Assembly (NCBI GenBank): GCA_039024555.1
Contig: JBCCQQ010000002.1
Location: forward strand, 32,001 to 96,000
Origin: Cyanobacteria bacterium P01_D01_bin.156
Lineage (GTDB): Bacteria; Cyanobacteriota; Cyanobacteriia; Phormidesmidales; Phormidesmidaceae
Reading direction: 5' to 3'
Length of the DNA: 64,000 bases
Below are positions 60,870 to 64,000 of this stretch, in pieces. Position numbers and translations under genes: made by a program. The first letter of the stretch is position 1. Each line of letters opens with the position of its first letter. The notes under the pieces were generated by a model. The model did no database searches and had not been told where the DNA came from. It was given only the letters and a program-made list of their open reading frames with translations.

Positions 60870-61532
60870 GCAACATGTATTCCAACTAAACGTGCTTTAT
60901 CAAATTAGATACTTTTTATAGAATAGAAAGTCTGACTTTGAATACTTGAATTGCCCAACCTCAAATTTGTCTCATCTATTGCTTCGCCTTGAGGTTCTTG
61001 GTCATATTAAAGCGTGCATTACCACATACACTTATCCGACAATGGAAATGAGGTTAATATTTACATCTCCAAGTTTGCATCAAGCCTTTGGTGGCTCAAT
61101 CTTGCTATAAAGCTCTCTGCAAGAAAGCCCCTCACTCTGAACTTAACTTCTTATGGCTCTCACTTTTTGAGTATCCTTATACCATATCAGACTGTAATCA
61201 TTAGTATCGCTACTGCCGGAGAAGTAATAGATATTTGGCTCTCGCTTACGTGATTTACAGCAATCAAGCATTGGCATTATTCAATTATTTGCATTATTTA
61301 GATAATAACTTTCATCCCATTAAAACCTCTCAGTTCAATAAAGCAGTCTTTCTATATTGGGAATAGTTTTTTAGATGTCTTTAGGATAAAGAAACTAGCA
61401 CGTCTCTAACTATCCAGCCATCCTACTCTTTAGAGATAAAGGTCTTTGTTAGCAAAGTTATTCGGGCAATTTTCATTGCATCAAATCTGAGATTTACGCT
61501 CCAAGGTCGTAATTACTAAAGCGGAATTAGCT

Positions 61533-62708
61533 TCATATTTTTTGTGGGGTTGATATTGCCACTCTTAATTCCCTTGCTACAGTCTCAATGTGGTCCAAAG
61601 TTAATTCTGGCCACATTGGCAAACTCAGCACCTGTTGAGCTAATTGATTGTTAACTGCAAGCTCAGGATATTCTCCAGCATAGACCGGCAGTTTATCCTG
61701 GGGAATCGGATAGTAGACCATAGCACCAATACCTGCGTCTAAAAGAGCTTTGTGTGTTAGGTCGCGACCTTGTTCCAAGATGCGCACCGTATATTGGTGA
61801 AACACATGCCCTGTAGACGGAGTGGGCGTAATCACGCCATCCATACCTGCTAAGAGACGACTGTAGTTCTCGGCAACCCAACGCCGTTTGCTATTCCAAT
61901 CGTCGATGTAGCGTAGTTTAACGCGTAGAATAGCGGCCTGGATGGCATCTAAACGCGAGTTGTAACCCAGCCTCAGATTTTTATAGCGTTCTTTAGCTCC
62001 ATGCACCCTCAGCATTCGGGCCATCTCGGCAATTTCGTCATCGTCAGTCGTAATGAGCCCCGCATCGCCATAGGCACCTAAATTCTTGGTGGGAAAAAAT
62101 GAAAACGCACCCACATGCCCTATGGTGCCGACGTAGCGCCCCATTAATCGGTCTCGTAGGCTACCGTCACAACTCTGGCAACAACCAGAACAGTCTCCTT
62201 GATAAGTTGCACCAAACGCTTGGGCGCAGTCTTCAATCACCTTGAGATTATGGCTATTTGCAATTTCCATAATCTGAGCCATGGCAGCTGGATTGCCATA
62301 CAAATGTACTGGCATGATTGCCTTGGTTTTCGGCGTAATCGCTGCCGCAATTAGGTTCGGATCTATATTAAATGTATCGGGCCGAATATCTACAAACACC
62401 GGCTTAGCGCCGACACTGCTAATGGATTCTGCCGTCGCAAAAAAGCTAAAGGGCGTGGTAATTACTTCATCCCCCGGCAAAATTCCCATGGACCGCAAGC
62501 CAATCACCAGGGCATCGGTTCCCGAATTGACACCAATGGCATGTTTCACCCCTAAATAAGCAGCGGCCTCCGTTTCAAATGCTTGCACTTGAGGCCCCAG
62601 AATAAATTGCCCTGACTCCAACACCTCATTAATTGCCGCTTGAATTTCATCCTTAATAGCCTGGTACTGAGGCTTCAAGTTCAAAATAGGGATTTTAATT
62701 TGACTCAC
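61533..62708 (-). CDS. DegT/DnrJ/EryC1/StrS sugar aminotransferase
   Basis: [45 protein letters not shown]. Confidence 0.95.
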   Translation of the reverse strand: MSQIKIPILNLKPQYQAIKDEIQAAINEVLESGQFILGPQVQAFETEAAAYLGVKHAIGVNSGTDALVIGLRSMGILPGDEVITTPFSFFATAESISSVGAKPVFVDIRPDTFNIDPNLIAAAITPKTKAIMPVHLYGNPAAMAQIMEIANSHNLKVIEDCAQAFGATYQGDCSGCCQSCDGSLRDRLMGRYVGTIGHVGAFSFFPTKNLGAYGDAGLITTDDDEIAEMARMLRVHGAKERYKNLRLGYNSRLDAIQAAILRVKLRYIDDWNSKRRWVAENYSRLLAGMDGVITPTPSTGHVFHQYTVRILEQGRDLTHKALLDAGIGAMVYYPIPQDKLPVYAGEYPELAVNNQLAQQVLSLPMWPELTLDHIETVARELRVAISTPQKI

Positions 62709-62785
62709 GGTAGTTACGGTTTAAGGGTCGGATGCAGGGAGGCTCTGCTCTAGAATCTTAGGACGATTTGTGTCGTCATTTTGCT

Positions 62786-63910
62786 ATGCGGATTGCGGTT
62801 GTCCATGAATGGCTTACTAGCCATGCCGGTTCTGAAAAGGTTGTGGAGCAAATTCTACAGATTTATCCACAGGCAGATTTATTTAGCCTGGTGGATTTTT
62901 TATCAGCCGAACAACGGCATTTCATTCAACACCGCTCGGTGCAAACATCGTTTATTCAGCAGTTACCGTTTGCTAAACGTGCTTTTAGGCAGTATTTGCC
63001 GCTCATGCCTTTGGCTGTGGAACAGTTTGATTTGTCGGCATACGATGTAGTGATATCCAGTAACCATGCCGTTGCTAAGGGTGTATTAACAGCCCCCCAT
63101 CAGTTGCACATTAGCTATATTCATACACCTATTCGTTATGCCTGGGATTTACAGCATCAGTACCTACGACAGGCAAATTTGGAACAAGGACCGAAAAGTG
63201 TATTAACTCGCTTGGTTTTACATTATCTACGGCTGTGGGATACGACTAGCGCCAATCGGGTGGATCGATTTGTAGCTAATTCTCACTTTATTGCCAAACG
63301 GATTTGGCGAGCATATCGTCGACCAGCTGAGGTGATTTATCCTCCGGTGGATGTATCTCGATTTGATTGGCGACAGCCTCGGGAGAATTTTTATCTGACT
63401 GTGTCACGGTTTGTTCCCTACAAGCGCGTAGATCTAACGGTGGCGGCTTTCAATCAGCTCGGCCTTCCCTTGATTGTGATTGGGGATGGTGCAGACAGGC
63501 AACAAATTGCGACGATGGCTGCATCTAATATTCGCTTTTTGGGCCAACAATCAGATGACGTTGTGACAGACTACATGCAACGATGTAAAGCCTTTATCTT
63601 TCCGGCGGAGGAAGATTTTGGCATTACTCCTGTTGAAGCTCAAGCAGCAGGGGCTCCAGTGATTGCCTTTGGACGCGGTGGGGTCACTGAAACAGTGATT
63701 CACGGCAAAACTGGGTTGCTGTTTTCAGAACAGACAGTTGACAGTCTGGTACAAGCCGTAAAATCCTTTGAAATGGGTATGTATGAATTAAGCCGAGATC
63801 ATCTCCGTCAACAAGCAGAGCAGTTTTCAATTGATTGCTTTCGCAAACAATTTTTTGATTGTGTTGAACGAACGTATACAGGCTTCTTGCAAGGTAATCC
63901 CTTAGAGTAA
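62786..63910 (+). CDS. GT4 glycosyltransferase (mannosyltransferase-like)
   Basis: MRIAVVHEWL...GSEKV, HTPIRYAWD, SRFVPYKRVD, EDFGITPVEAQA. Confidence 0.94.
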   Translation: MRIAVVHEWLTSHAGSEKVVEQILQIYPQADLFSLVDFLSAEQRHFIQHRSVQTSFIQQLPFAKRAFRQYLPLMPLAVEQFDLSAYDVVISSNHAVAKGVLTAPHQLHISYIHTPIRYAWDLQHQYLRQANLEQGPKSVLTRLVLHYLRLWDTTSANRVDRFVANSHFIAKRIWRAYRRPAEVIYPPVDVSRFDWRQPRENFYLTVSRFVPYKRVDLTVAAFNQLGLPLIVIGDGADRQQIATMAASNIRFLGQQSDDVVTDYMQRCKAFIFPAEEDFGITPVEAQAAGAPVIAFGRGGVTETVIHGKTGLLFSEQTVDSLVQAVKSFEMGMYELSRDHLRQQAEQFSIDCFRKQFFDCVERTYTGFLQGNPLE

Positions 63911-64000
63911 TTAGGTTATCGCCTTCGGCCAGCCAGATTTAATACTATGACGCTTTCTCAGCCGACTACACCGGCGATCGCACCCCTAAAAATAAACGCG

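Larger units (their letters stand above)
223..63981. repeat. Dispersed HIP1 octamer GCGATCGC (about 29 copies by eye)
   Basis: Examples at 223, 3913, 4392, 6649, 7137, 19993, 26360, 34311, 46970, 56251, 63974; about one copy expected by chance. Confidence 0.95.

Noticed and set aside
61014..61253. 79-aa ORF in AT-rich spacer
   Set aside because: GTG start without SD and no recognisable motif; a remnant cannot be excluded
1..64000. CRISPR array, cas genes, tRNA/rRNA, integrase or transposase
   Set aside because: No regularly spaced direct repeats, cloverleaf/rRNA signatures or recombinase motifs were seen by eye

Overview
Chromosomal window from a cyanobacterium. The evidence is about 29 HIP1 GCGATCGC octamers counted by eye, a clpR-clpP3 type operon and an NhaS3-like antiporter. 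The gene content suggests a filamentous Leptolyngbya-like lineage, but that is inference. About 52 CDS are supported. I found no rRNA, tRNA, CRISPR array or intact transposase. (1) 1-20 kb: malic enzyme, an SRPBCC protein with a Tyr/Gly/Arg low-complexity tail, TenA_E, a lipase next to a PlsY-dikinase fusion, a P-loop ATPase paired with a STAND-WD40 protein, an orphan histidine kinase, an aminotransferase and an NlpC/P60 peptidase. (2) 20.4-24.6 kb: an uncharacterised module of two paralogous ~100-aa helical proteins, two paralogous beta-rich proteins and a PAS-LuxR regulator. Each of the five genes is preceded by a related CCCCT-N-AGGGG-like palindrome. This is the best candidate for an undescribed system. 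(3) 24.8-44 kb: housekeeping genes (rplU-rpmA, murI, rsmI, three Clp subunits, VWA, dipeptide epimerase, TAXI). (4) 44-64 kb: a Wzm/Wzt-type surface polysaccharide cluster with an AT-rich, HIP1-poor core and a GT4-GH99-like fusion. All calls come from motif recognition by eye; no database searches were run.
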